Below are positions 11,555 to 23,639 of a stretch of DNA of 64,000 bases, one piece after another. Under the pieces are notes generated by a model. That model did not search any database. It had not been told where the DNA came from and saw only the letters and a list, made by a program, of their open reading frames with translations. Source of the stretch: Lama guanicoe (taxonomy: Eukaryota). The translations under genes and the position numbers were made by a program. Within the stretch, counting starts at the first letter, position 1; each line of letters opens with the position of its first letter. The stretch is taken from NCBI GenBank assembly GCA_013239625.1, contig MU053588.1, positions 1,513,988-1,577,987 on the forward strand. Direction: 5' to 3'.

Positions 11555-12794
11555 CTAGTGGCTCCTGACCTTGGTGCACATTAGAATTACTGGGGGGTGG
11601 TTCTTAAAACTCCGATGCCTGGACCCAACCCCAGAACAAACACCAGAATCTCTTGAGGGCTCCGCCCTGGCACTACCACCCCTGCGCAGCCACCACCCAC
11701 AGCAGGAAATGGAATCTTATCAGCACGGATGGTGCCTCACGTCCGTAGGTGATCACTATTCTGACCTTAATCAGCACAGATTAGTTATTTTTCTTTAATT
11801 TTAATTTTCGAAATTATTTTAGACTTACAGAAATGTTGCAAAAATAGTACAAAGACTTTCCATATCCTCTTTACCCAGATTTCCCAAATGTGAACATTGA
11901 ACCATGCTTGTTTCAATCTGTTTCTGACGGTCTGTCTGTCTATGCATATATATACATTTTACTATTATTTTCAGATCCTATGAAGAGTAAGTTGCACAAA
12001 CGATGCCCCTTTATCCCTCTGTCTTTATTTCCTGAAAAACTAGGACATTCTCTTACATCAGTACAGTGTAACAATCAAATTCAAGTCATTAACACTGATA
12101 ATATACCATTATCTAATCTACAGACCTCGTTCGAATTTAGCCATTGGTCCTATTCATGCCCTTTGAATCAAAGCAAATAATTTTTTTTCTGGTCCAGGAT
12201 CTAGTCTAAGATCTTACGTTCTATCTCAGGGTCTTGTCTCTGTCACGTCCTTTAATTGGAAACATTTCCCCACTCTTTATTCTGCATGACAAAGAGTTGA
12301 GAGTACAGAGAAGTTGTGTAGACTTTCCTTCAGTTTGGGTTTGTCTAATGTTTTCTGGTGGTTAGACTGAAGTTAAGCAGTTTTGGTAAGAGTGCACAAA
12401 GGCAATATCGTGTTCTTCTCAGTGCATCCTTCGAGGAGAAGCGTGATATCTCTTTAAACCCGTGAAGCCTCAGTTTACACATCCTCTCCACCACAGTTAC
12501 GGTTTTCTCCTATGTAACTAACAAGTATCTCCTGGAGATACTTTGAGACTATGCAAATAGCCTTCTAGTCTCCAAACTTTTGCCACTGCTTTTACTATCC
12601 ATTGATGACTCTTGCTTCAATCAGTTATTACGATGATGGCTGCAAGATGGTGATTTTTTTGAGCTCCCTCCTCCTTTCTGTCATATCGTCTGGCTTTCTC
12701 CTGCAAGGATGAGCACTTTCTCACTCCCAGGCAATGATGATTTTAAAAGCTTTCTAAGGAGGATCTGCTGTGCAGAGAGGGCTGAGAGCCACTG
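11555..12794. mobile_element. MER5-family (hAT) element split by an old L1 insertion
   Basis: Left half 'tagtggctcctgaccttggtgcacattagaattac...cagaatctct' (~11555-11655) and right half 'cccaggcaatgatgattttaaaagc...gggctgagagccactg' (~12726-12794) flank L1-like sequence. Confidence 0.6.
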
Positions 12795-13198
12795 ATATCT
12801 TCCATTCTGTGAATTCCACTTTCCCCTCAACAATACATCTTGGCCATTTTTCTGTATCACCTCAATTTGTGACGGCTATGCTATCATTTATTTAACTGAC
12901 CCCCCTCCCCCTACCCACCCACACACACTGATGGGCATTTGGCTGGCTTCCAGCTCAGAGCTTTTACAGAAAATACTGCAGTGGAGTGTCTTGCACAGCC
13001 CTGCACTGTTCTAGAAATCAAAGGGCACAGGAAGCCTGGCTGGGTCAAAACAGTCGATTGTGACTATTATTGAGGTCAAGTCTTAACTGACCTTGTCTTC
13101 CTTGAGCGTGGCAGGGTCCCGGCCTGGCTGGTCATTTCTGCTTCCCAGTGGGTCCTCCACCTGCCCCAGCCCTGGGTCTAAATGATTCTCTCCGGCAG

Positions 13199-13336
13199 GG
13201 TTGTGAGGAGCGGCTGACCAGCTTCACCCTCTTCCCACGGCCCTGGAGCGCTATGCGCGTGAAAGAGTATGGGTACACACGGCTACATATCCTCAATGGG
13301 ACCCATATTCACATCCAGCAGGTGTCCGATGACCAG
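13199..13336 (+). CDS. ACP7: ACP7 coding exon 11 (GCEERLTSF...IQQVSDDQ)
   Basis: Acceptor ccggcag, donor CAG|gtgagt; 138 nt. Confidence 0.97.
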
Positions 13337-13789
13337 GTGAGTGCTGGCCCCATCACCTGCCTGAGTAACCAGGCCCAGTGCGTTCTGGAGCCGGTGGTTT
13401 AAAAAGAGGACTCAAGAGCCTGAAATAGTGTGTCCAAATCCTACCTCTGCTACTTACCAGCTGGATAGCCTCAAGCAACTTTGAGCCGCAGTTTTCCCAT
13501 CTGCAAAGTGGGGATGTTAATAGTTTCTACCTCACAGGATTGTATGGGGGTTGAATGACTTATTACACAGAAAGTGCTTAGAACAGTTTCTAAAGCATGG
13601 TAACTTCCATAAATATTTATCAATAGGGGGCAAAAACAGATCACTCCCCCGCAGGAAAAGGGAGACCCAAATGACGTGTGTGTGGTCCCAGTGGCTTACC
13701 CTCTGGCTGTGTGACCCTGGGAAAAATATTTCCCAGGTTAGAGGGACCCAGATAATCGTGACTCATCTTTCTTCATGTTTTAAAAACTA

Positions 13790-14125
13790 TTTTATTTATT
13801 TACTTATTTTTGTTTTGGGGGGAGGTAATTAGGTTTATTTATTTACCTCTTTTTAAAAAATTTTCTTCTTTATTTTAATGTAGGTACTGGGGATTGAACA
13901 TTTTACCACTGAACTATATATCCTCCCCTCTTACCTTTCTTTATTTTTCCATTGTAGATTTTTTGGGGGAAGGGAGGTAATTAGGTTTGTTTGTTTGTTT
14001 TTAATTATTATTAATTTACTTATTGGTTTGTTCATTTATTTATTGTTAATGGAGGTACTGGAGATTGAACCCAGGACCTCATGCATGCTAGGCATGCACT
14101 CTACCACTTGAGCCGTACCCTCCCC
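13790..14125 (-). mobile_element. Two tandem vic-1-like SINE copies
   Basis: Two 'ggaggtaattaggttt' tail modules and two tRNA-like heads; the first head has an internal deletion. Confidence 0.85.
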
Positions 14126-14801
14126 TTTGCCACTGTCATTTTAAAATAATGGGAGTAACTGTGGTTGATTGAGCACCTACTGTGTACCAGACCCTGGGCT
14201 AGATATCCTATATTTAGTAGCACTTTAATCACCACAACAATCTCATGGGACAGATTTTCCTTCCATTTTACAGATGAGTGAACTGAGGCTCAGAGTAGGC
14301 AAGTATTTCTCCCAGAGTCACACAGCCAGAGGATACAGAGCTGGGATCTGACCCCAAAGACCATGTTCTTTTCATTGTAAATAACTACCATCTATCATTT
14401 ATTGAGCAGCACAGGCACCAGAGGCAAGCTCTTGGGTGAATTATCTATTCAGTTCTCCCTACTTTATAGAATATGGAAATTGGACTCAAAGTTGGTTCAC
14501 ATCCTGAAGGCGTCATGGCTATGCTGGGACATAAAGTGAGATTTGTGTGACTCCAGGGTTCGTGCTCTAATAATAATAGCCCACACTTACTCAGCCCTTG
14601 CCATGTGCCAGGCTCCCTTTTAGCCCTTTCCAAATATCTCATGAGGAAAATTGAGGCTCAGAGAGGTTTAGCAACTTGTCCGAGGTCACACAGACTATCA
14701 GAGGCAGAGCTGGGATTTGAACACAGGCCACCTGGCCCCAGAGTTTGGACTTTCAGCCCTTATTACCTCTTCTTTATTTTTTTTTTTTTTGTCCCTTGCA
14801 G

Positions 14802-14867
14802 GATGGGAAGATTGTAGACGACATCTGGGTGGTGAGACCCCTGCTCGGCCGGATGATGTATCTCTAA
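14802..14867 (+). CDS. ACP7: ACP7 last coding exon (DGKIVDDIWVVRPLLGRMMYL*)
   Basis: Long T tract plus ttgcag acceptor; TAA at 14865-14867; total CDS 1317 nt = 438 aa. Confidence 0.97.
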   Translation, partial: DGKIVDDIWVVRPLLGRMMYL

Positions 14868-15136
14868 GGATGGGGACAGCTCTCATCTGGGACCCCGGGC
14901 CTTACTGCCTTGGCTGGGGTGCCCAGGCCCAGGAGGGGAGTCAGGGCGGGCCTTGACTCCTCTAGCCTCCTGAGCCCTGTGAGGGGTGGATGCAGCCCCT
15001 AGGGAGCTGGAGCAGCTTTCCCCTTCCTGATCGTCTGGAGGGCAAATGTGCAGAGTGAAGCAAGACAGGTTTTGGGTGGCACAGCCCTGCCCTCCTGCAG
15101 AGCACTGACTGTGCGGAGTGTCCACAGAGCCTCTGG

Positions 15137-15142
15137 AATAAA
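15137..15142 (+). terminator. ACP7: ACP7 polyadenylation signal AATAAA
   Basis: First AATAAA, ~270 nt after the stop, followed by TG-rich sequence. Confidence 0.7.
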
Positions 15143-15534
15143 GAGGCTTATGACTGTGGCTCCGTGGAGTCTGCACTTCTGCTGGGGATGCCCTGCTGGG
15201 CCACCTCCTCTCCTGCGGGCCTGCGAGGACCATCACCAGCCCCAAGTCAGCAGGGTGGGAGCGGCTGTCATGATGCCACTCTCCAGCAGATAGCGCCTGT
15301 GACTTTCTCCTCCAGGCCCGCCTTCAGTGCCAACCAGATGCGGGGCTTCAATGGCCCAAGGAATGCTAACCAGTGTCCCTTCGTGCCTCGGTTTCCCAGC
15401 CTGGCACTGACTTATTCTGGAAGAGGGGCAGATGTTAACTCCTAACTGGGGCAGCTGACAAGCATTAGGAGCTACGGACCCGCTGTTTTCCTCCTGTTTT
15501 ACACTCCCCCCTCCCTCTGTTTCCCTCTTTCTTT

Positions 15535-16060
15535 CATGTATTCAACCATTATTTATTGAGCACCTATCATGTGCCAGGACCTGTTCTCCATGCCATGTTG
15601 TCTGCCCTCATGGAGCCGACATTCTATCCAGGGCGTCAGACAGCAACACAATAAATAAGTATAATATATAACAGGGTCAATAGTGATAAGTGCTCAGAAA
15701 AAGCAGGGGAGGGGATGGAGAGTAGTGGGGGGTGGGCAGTTGCAATTTTCATGAGGATGGTCAGGGAGACTGCACTAAGAGGGTGACAGGTGAAGGAAGG
15801 AGCCATGTGGGCAGAATAGTCCAGGCAGAGCAACAGCCCGTGCAAAGGCCCTGAGACAGAAATGCACCTGCTCTGTCAGAGCATCAGTGAGGAGGCCAGT
15901 GCAGCTGGGGCAGAGAGTGAGGGGAAGAGTGGGGATGAGGGCAGGGAGGTGGCAGGGGCTGATATGTGGGTTCTTGTGGGTCACAGGGAGGATTCTGTCC
16001 TCTATCCTGAGTGAAGTGGAGCCACACAGAACCTCAGGGTTCTGAGCTGAGGATGGACAG
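15535..16060 (-). mobile_element. L2 LINE fragment, representative (others at ~22400-22940, ~48460-48930, ~49740-50290, ~55480-55980, ~58150-58640)
   Basis: 'atttattgagcacctatcatgtgccagg' 3' end and 'ccaggcagag...tgcaaaggccctgag' body typical of L2. Confidence 0.8.
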
Positions 16061-17240
16061 AATCTGACTCCAGAAGTCTTGGCCCTAGGGTAGCCCGAGT
16101 TCCCAGCTGCTGGCTAACCACACACCTCTTCCTCCATGGCGCTGTGCAATTCCAGCCTGCTGGCATCTTATTCCCACCCAGCCTCACCTCGGCTCAAGGC
16201 ACACTGGCACACCAGCTCTTCGCAACCTCTTGAGCACAAGAAACTGTTTGTCACTGGCTCTTAGCCTTCTGCGATTCTCTCATTGATTGATTTGTTACCT
16301 TGTTTATTGTCAATCTGCTGCCCCTGGGTTGAGGGTTTGTAAGGGTGGAGGCCTGGGCCATCTTGTTCATTTAGGGGTCTCTCACCTCCACCAATTCCCC
16401 CCAGACCCCTTCTCTGGCTGGGTTGGGGCCCTGCCCCACCCCCAATCCCAGCCCTGCCCACTCTGGGCTGTTACTGTCTGTGGGTTCCAGCCCTGCCTCC
16501 CCCACTGGACTGTCAACCCTAGGCTGGTGAGGCAGTGATGCCAGGACTCAATCCAGCACAGCCTGGCATGAGACAGATGCTTATTAACTATTTGTTGCCT
16601 TAATGAAGGTTGCCACATGTCAGGCTTCTACCAGGCAAGCCAGGGACAGCGATGAATCAGCCCAGTCAGGTCCTGTGGGAGCTCATGGACAGGCAGGGAC
16701 ACGCGGTTACCCAATACGGGTGACAATCAAAGAGGCCATGCCATGGAGGGATGCTGCAAACCCATCGAGTCACCAGCTGGGGAGTCACTGCATGCTGTGG
16801 CCAAAGACCAAGCTGGCGCCCGTGTGGGCCTGGGGGGTTCTGCTGGGCTGGCTGAGGCTGTGAAACTGCCTGGGCGGTGGGGGCCACAGAGGGCAAAGGC
16901 CCGGCACTGGAGCCTCACAGAAACTGTGTTCAAATCTCAGCTCTGCCACTTCCGGTGGGTTGTGGAATCACCAGCCCTCTCTGAGCCTCTGTTTCTTCAT
17001 CTGTAACAAAAAAATGATCATATCCTGTGGGGTGTCCTTGGGGTTAAATGAGGCTGAAAGCCTTGGTGTCGTCTTTGATTCTTCTTTTTCTCACGTCCCG
17101 CATTTAATTGAGTAGTAAATGCTGTCGGCTTTTTAATAATTTAATTTATTTTTTAAATTTAGTTTTTATTATATTATTTTATTTATTAGAGTTGATTTAC
17201 AGTGTTATATCAGTGTCGGCTTTGACTTTAAAAATCTATT

Positions 17241-17330
17241 GAGGGGGGAGGGGATAGCTCAGTGGTAGAGTGTGTGCTTAGCATGAGCAAGGTCCTGGGT
17301 TCAGTCCCCAGTACTTTCAGTGAAAAAAAA
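17241..17330 (+). mobile_element. tRNA-Ala-derived SINE (vic-1-like), short form
   Basis: GGGGATAGCTCAGTGGTAGAGTGTGTGCTTAGCATGAGCAAGGTCCTGGGTTCAGTCCCCAGTAC followed by an A tail. Confidence 0.85.
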
Positions 17331-17709
17331 GAGAGAATGGTGATTTAATAAGTTAATAGTTTTTTTTTAATTGGATGGAGGACGGAAAGCAGGGGAAATA
17401 CAGGTAAAATGCTTACTAGAGCACCTGATGCTGAGGGAGCAGGTGAATAGCAGGAATGCCGGTGATTTTGGTGAATCAGATAAAGGCCGGTCCCCTGGGG
17501 CTGCCAAGGCTGGGTGTGCAGGAGACAGGCACGTACAGCTAATTGCAACACCTGTGATTTGTGACATGCACAGGAAGTGACAGGTTGCAAGCCGGAGACC
17601 CTGAGGCTTCTAGGAGGCAAAGCTGAGCAAGGCTTTTGGAGGCTACGCGGATGCCTGCCTGGTAGCTGGGGCTGGGGGGAGGGGAGGAGGTAGAGTACTC
17701 CCAGAAAGC

Positions 17710-17723
17710 CCAGCAGGGGGCGC
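17710..17723 (+). promoter_or_regulatory. CTCF consensus site between ACP7 and PAK4
   Basis: CCAGCAGGGGGCGC matches the CTCF core; occupancy unknown. Confidence 0.65.
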
Positions 17724-18244
17724 CAGAGAGAGAGACAAGGAAAGGAAAGCTGCGGGATCTCTGGATTCATTCATTAATAAATGCTTCATGACTAAAGTCC
17801 TTCATTGCTCCAAATGGTCTCTGTTGATTGCAACTAGGCACTGTGCAAGAACTATACACTTACTGTGATCCACGTGCTGGAGACACTGTGGCGGCCAAGA
17901 TGGCCTTTCTGCCGCTGAAGCCTGAATTCTACTGGGGAAGGTAGAGAAGGAAACATGAAGACAAAAATACCATCACAGGCTAATTCTAGATGGTGCCCAG
18001 CACCGTGAAGAAAATACAGTGGAATCAAAATGTGGGAAGGTAAAGGGTGCTTTAGATGTGGTGTCCAGGAGAGGCCTCTCTGAGGAAGTGACATTGGAGC
18101 CAAAGGACAGGGAGTGGGTCAAAATAAATGACCTGGAAGAATGATCCAGGCAGAGGGACCAGTGGGTGCAAATGCCCTGAGGCAGGAAGGAAACCGTGGA
18201 TTTGAGAAACAGCCATGAGGCTGGGGTGGCCAGTATGGAGTGAG

Positions 18245-18433
18245 TAGGATTGACAGATAAAACACAGGATGCCCAGTTAATTGGAATTTCAGACAAGTAA
18301 CAAGTAAATTTTTAGTATAAGTATGTCCCCGAATTGCATGGGACATACTTATACTGAAAATGGTTTGAAATTTGTCTGAAATTCCATTTTAACTGGGCAT
18401 CCTGTATTTTATTGGCCAAATTTTCATTACCTA
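18245..18433. mobile_element. MER53 (hAT MITE), palindromic
   Basis: Nested inverted repeats: acaggatgcccagttaa / ttaactgggcatcctgt, tggaatttcagaca / tgtctgaaattcca and agtataagtatgtccc / gggacatacttatact; matches recalled MER53. Confidence 0.85.
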
Positions 18434-18944
18434 GGGTTATCTAGGGATGAGCAAAGGAGAATGTGGAGGAAGATGAGGACAGAAGACATGGAGAGGGTAA
18501 ACATTTCTCTCCAGATCCTGTACACATGCATGAAGGGACAGGTTGCTGTCTGAGTTATGCAGGGACCTCTGTTATATGGGGTCCCTACTCCTAGGGCAAT
18601 AGTTTCTTCCTCGCCTCCAAGATCTCCCTCCAAATCTTTGCTGCTTCTTTACAGCAAATTAAAAGATAATCTTTCTTTTGCTTCAGGGGAGAAAGTAACA
18701 TATTCATTGTCAGAAAAAAATAAAACAAATTCAAACCATACCAAAAAGACTAAAGTGGAACTGAAAATTCCCTGGTTGTCCCATTCCAAAGAGCTTCTAG
18801 CTTTTAACATTTTAATATTTTTCCTTATAACCTCATTTTTGAAAAATGAAAATACTGTCATATGATATAGGTGGGTTTGTAACCTGTTTTTCCTTCCCAC
18901 ATAAATTAACATGGGCATAATATCAGCTCTGTTTGCTTTTTTTT

Positions 18945-20010
18945 TTAACAAACTATTTTTTGGAACAGTTTTAAATTTACAGAAGAATTGCAAAGAGAGT
19001 ACAGAGTTCTCATAAGCCCCACACCCAGTTTCCCCTGTTATTAAAATCTTACCTTAATACGGTAACTTCATTACAACTAATGGACCCATACTGATACACT
19101 ATTATTAACTAAAGTCCATACTTTATTCTACAGCATTTAAAGGAACTTTAAAATATAACTTCATTGAGATATAATTTAATACAATTAACTGCACCCTTTT
19201 AAGGTGTACAATTTGTTGAGTTTTGACAGATGTGTATTCCCATGAAACCACCACCATAATCAAGATGCAGAACATTTGCATCACCCCGGAGGGTCCCCTC
19301 CCATCCCTCTGCGGTTAATCTTTTCTTCTGTCTCCCAGCTTCAGGCAACAACGAATCTGCTCTCCATCACTATAGATTAGATTGACTTTTCCCAGAATGC
19401 TCTGAATGGAACCATATACAGTCGGCTACAGTTCTGCCTTCTCCGATTCAACCAACCCCCGATGGAAAATAGCCAGGAAAAAAAAAAATTTTCCACAAAG
19501 CTCCAAAAAGCAAACCTTAAATTTGCTGCATGTTGGCAGGTATTTACATAGCGCTGACATTGTGTGAGGTCTTATAAGTAATCTAGAGGTGATTTAAAGT
19601 ATACAGGAGGATGTGTGTAGGTTATCTGCAAACATGAAGCCATTTTATATAAAGGACTTGAGCATCCACAGATTTGGGTATCCCCAGATGTCCTGGAACC
19701 AATCCCCTTCGGATACTGAGGAAGAACTGTAGCATTGTCTTTCACCTAGCCTAATATATTTGCAATTCACCCATGTTGTCCTGCTTCCCAAAAATTTCTT
19801 CCTTTTCATTGCTGAGTTGTATTCCATGGATGGGATCGATGCATTGCAATATATTTATCTTTTCACAAGTTGATAGACATTTTGGGTTGTTTCTAGTGTT
19901 TGGCAATCATGATAACTGCTATGAACATTCCCATCCAAGTCATTGTGTGAATATGTGTTTTCATTTCTCTTGAGTAAATACCTAGGAGTGCAATCATTGG
20001 GTCCTGTGTC
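18945..20010 (-). mobile_element. Old L1 3' fragments containing a MER2 insertion
   Basis: Antisense L1 3'UTR motifs such as 'aaaccaccaccataatcaagatgcagaacatt' and 'aaatacctaggagtg'. Confidence 0.7.
19419..19729 (-). mobile_element. MER2 (TcMar-Tigger MITE)
   Basis: TA-flanked cagt...actg termini; body 'tataagtaatctagaggtgatttaaagtatacaggaggatgtg...ggacttgagcatccacagattt...cctggaaccaatcccc'. Confidence 0.8.
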
Positions 20011-23000
20011 TTCTAGAATCTTTTTATGACTACATGAATGTATTCCATGACATGTTTTGAGCTCTGCTCATCATCTCATTTTTATGTTATATTATTTATT
20101 TGTTCACATGTTTATTATTATCTATCTTTCAAGCATTTGTTCTCTGAAAAAGAGAAGAAACGGTTAGGAACCTAGACCTGAGGCCAGGCTGCCTTTGTGA
20201 CTTTGGAAAAGTTACTTGACGTCTCTGTGCTTCAGTGTGCACATTTGCAGAATGGGAATAACAATAGTGCATAGGGCTGTTGTGGGGATTAAATGAGGAA
20301 ATGTTTGTACACTTGATCTTAGCCAAAAGGCTGAGAAGCAATAAATGAGGTAATGTTTGTAAAGTGCTTAGCCTAGGACCTGCCATATAATAAATGTTTG
20401 CACATATATTATTCGACATGTTTGGCATACAGGTAGCAGTCAATGAATATACTTACTGAATAAATTTGAGCAATTTTTAAGAGCATCAGCTTTGAAGTCA
20501 GACTTCCTCGTTAAAATTCCAGCAAAGCTGCTTACAAGTGGTGGGACTTCATTCCATTTCCCACCTGATTCCCATGCCTCAGTTTCCTCATCTGTTAAAT
20601 GGGGCTCAGGATCCCATCTTAGATATAAGTGGTGAGGATTAGAGAAGGTCAGGGAGCTGAAATGTATACAGAGCATCTGGCATAGGGAGCAGTGACAAAA
20701 ATGGAAAGCAACCTAAATGCACAAAAGAGGGGAATTGTTCAGCGCAGTATCATTCATCAACAATTTTAAAACAATTGTGGTAAAAAAATTCTTTCTAAAA
20801 TAACACTAATAATGAATATATTCACCTAGATACCTCTGTCTATGTCTTTCTTTTCCTTTGAAAATCCTCAGAAGCAAAACTGTATCAAAAGGTAAAACAC
20901 ATTGTTAAATCTCTTGATGAATATTGCCAAAAGTCTGCCCCAGATCACAGTCCTACAAATTGGGTATGAGAGTGACTGTTACCTTCCATTCTCATCAGCA
21001 CTGATGATAGTATTGAATAAATATTTTTGAGAGAATAAAACATATTTTTAATACTTTGATGTCAATTTCATTAATTTCTTGTTCACTGATTCCATTTTTT
21101 CTTATTCATTGTATTTTAAATTTTTGTTCAAGTTCTTTGCCTATTTTTCTGTTGTGTTCACCTTTCTTATTGATTTGTAAGTGCTCTTTACATATGAAGG
21201 ACAGAAAGCTTTTCTTGCCACCTATTATATTGCCACTGATCTTTTTCCTTGATGTACTGAAATGTATTGTTTCTATGAGGCCAAATCCTCCTTACTCTCC
21301 TCACCTGTTTCCATTCATTGGGGGTCACCTCCTCACCACCTCCTTCAGGAAGCACTCTTTGAAGAGGGCTCTTTGAGGCCTGATTTCCTCTCCCTGGGCC
21401 CTGAAGTAGGAGGGCCTAATTGCCTATTCTAAGGAAGCCTCTGGAGCAGGTCTGGCAGTGGGCTTCTTCCAGGGCTCTGATCTCTGTCTGTGATCCCCAA
21501 GTAAGTTAAAGGGGGTGTCCCCAACATGGGTGCTAGAGCCTGAGGCCCTGCGTAAATTGCATTAAAGAAGCAAAGGCAGCACCTGGCCAACCTCCTGTCC
21601 CTGTGACCTGAATAATGTGCTATGTCATCTCAACTACTAGACTTAGTTTTTAAAAACTGGATGCTCGGAAAGGTATAAAAATTTCAAAAGAGCACAGAAA
21701 CAAGGTTTAATGCTGGCAAGGATACTTTAAAGGGCATCTTCCCCTTTGAACCCTGGCGGGAGTGTGAATTGGATCCCTGAAACACAAAACGGCAATGTAT
21801 GTCTCAGGCCGTAAGGAGGCAGCAGAGGGCAGTTAGTGAGAGCCCTGCCTGGGAGTCAAAACTCGATGAGCCCAGAGTGTGACTTTGAGCAAATGAAGTT
21901 ACTTCTCCAAGCCTCAGTTTCCTCCTCTGCAAAGTAGGGATAATCATAGCCCCTGCTGTTTAAATTACACAGCTAAGCACCATGCATGGTGCACAGAAAT
22001 GTTTGAAGCATGGGAACTGTTACTATTATTAAATCTTAAAGATGTACATTTCCTTTGACCCAGCAGTTCCATTTGTAGTCATCTATTCAAAGGCAATAAT
22101 GAGAGATGTGCACGAATATTTAGCTGCTTGGAATGTGGGAGGGGGGATTATTTATCATAGCAAAATATTTACCACAGCGGAGATATTCAACAAGAAAGAG
22201 TAGTTCGAACAAATTAGAGTTCATTGAATGAACGGCATCTTATGCAGCCATTAAAATGAATGTTTTTGAAGAATACTTAGACATAGAAAGATACTAGTGA
22301 TATTCATATTCTTGTTTTTAAAAGATACAAAATTCTTTATAAATGTGTTTCTAATTGTTTTTTTTAAGTAGGTAAATGTACAGAGAAAAAAAGACTATGG
22401 AATCATTCATTCATTGCTTCTGCAGACATTAATTAAATGCCTATTATATGCTAGACATTGTGCTGGGACGGGGAGATGCACTAAATATTTAAGAGCACTT
22501 CTGATGAGGCGGATTTATGACTCATTCATTCAACAAATGGGCATGAACAGTGAACAAAACAGATAATCCGTCTGTTTTAATCCGTCCTCTCCTAGGGCTG
22601 ACATTCCAGCAGGGGAGACAACCAAAAAACAATACCTATGATTAGCTAATTATCTAGTATCTAGAAGGTGATTTGAGCACCAGAAACTAAGAAAAAGCAG
22701 ACAAGGTAAGGGGTTGAGTAGCAGGTGAAAGGAATGTTTACTGCTTTAGTCAGAGTGGGCAGGAACAGTCCCACTGATAAGGTGACATTTGAGTAAACTC
22801 TGAAGGAGAGGAGGGAGGGAGACAGGAGGATACTTGGGTGAAGTCTATTCCAGACAAAAGGAAAGGTCAATGCAGTGACCTTGAACTGGGAGAGCACCTG
22901 TTACTTTTTTGGAAGAGCAAAGTGGCTGGAGCCCAGTTAGTGAAGTCATAGAAAACGATGTCCGAGTTCAGTTAATTCAGTTCATGGGCTTTTATTCTTG

Positions 23001-23639
23001 TTGTTGTATTTTCCAAAAAAAAAAAAATTTAAGAAATAAATTACTAAAAAAGAAAAAAAACTTATAGAAAAGACTAAGATCAAATAATGTCTTGTTTCCG
23101 GGTCAAGTTCCCGGACTCAGACCGACAGATGTCGTACAAAACTCATTATTTACTTCCTGTCATCCCGAACCAGTTAGTTTTCCCCTCTAACTTGTCGTTT
23201 TATCTGTAAAATGGGTATTAATAATACAGTATGTTGTAGTGAGTATTCAGCGAGACTATGCAAGTAAAGCACTTGGCCAGGTATCTGGCACACAGTAAGT
23301 GCTTAAGAACTGTTTCTGGCCATTGTTACCCAGTACTGTAATGCTTTCCATCCCCTAACTCCTTCAGGGGGAAAGCAGGAACGACTGTTAGAGGAGCGCA
23401 AACATTTCCCCTTTAAGAACCCGGGTGGGCTGGGAGCCACCGTTCCCGCACCCTTTCCAAATTTTCCAATCCCGGCTTGGCATTTTCAGCCCAAAGGTCT
23501 CCGATTGGACAATCTGTACCAATAAGAGGCTGGAGCCGGCGCTGCCAGGCGCCCAGCTCCGCCCCTGAGTCGGCCCTGCCTCCTGCCCGGTCAGCCCCGT
23601 TGCTATGGGGACTGGTGGGCGGTGAGTGGGGGAAAGCCC

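Noticed and set aside
17248..17320. Possible tRNA-Ala gene (also 40477-40552, minus strand)
   Set aside because: Mismatched stems, A-rich tails, target-site duplications and multiple diverged copies indicate SINE heads.
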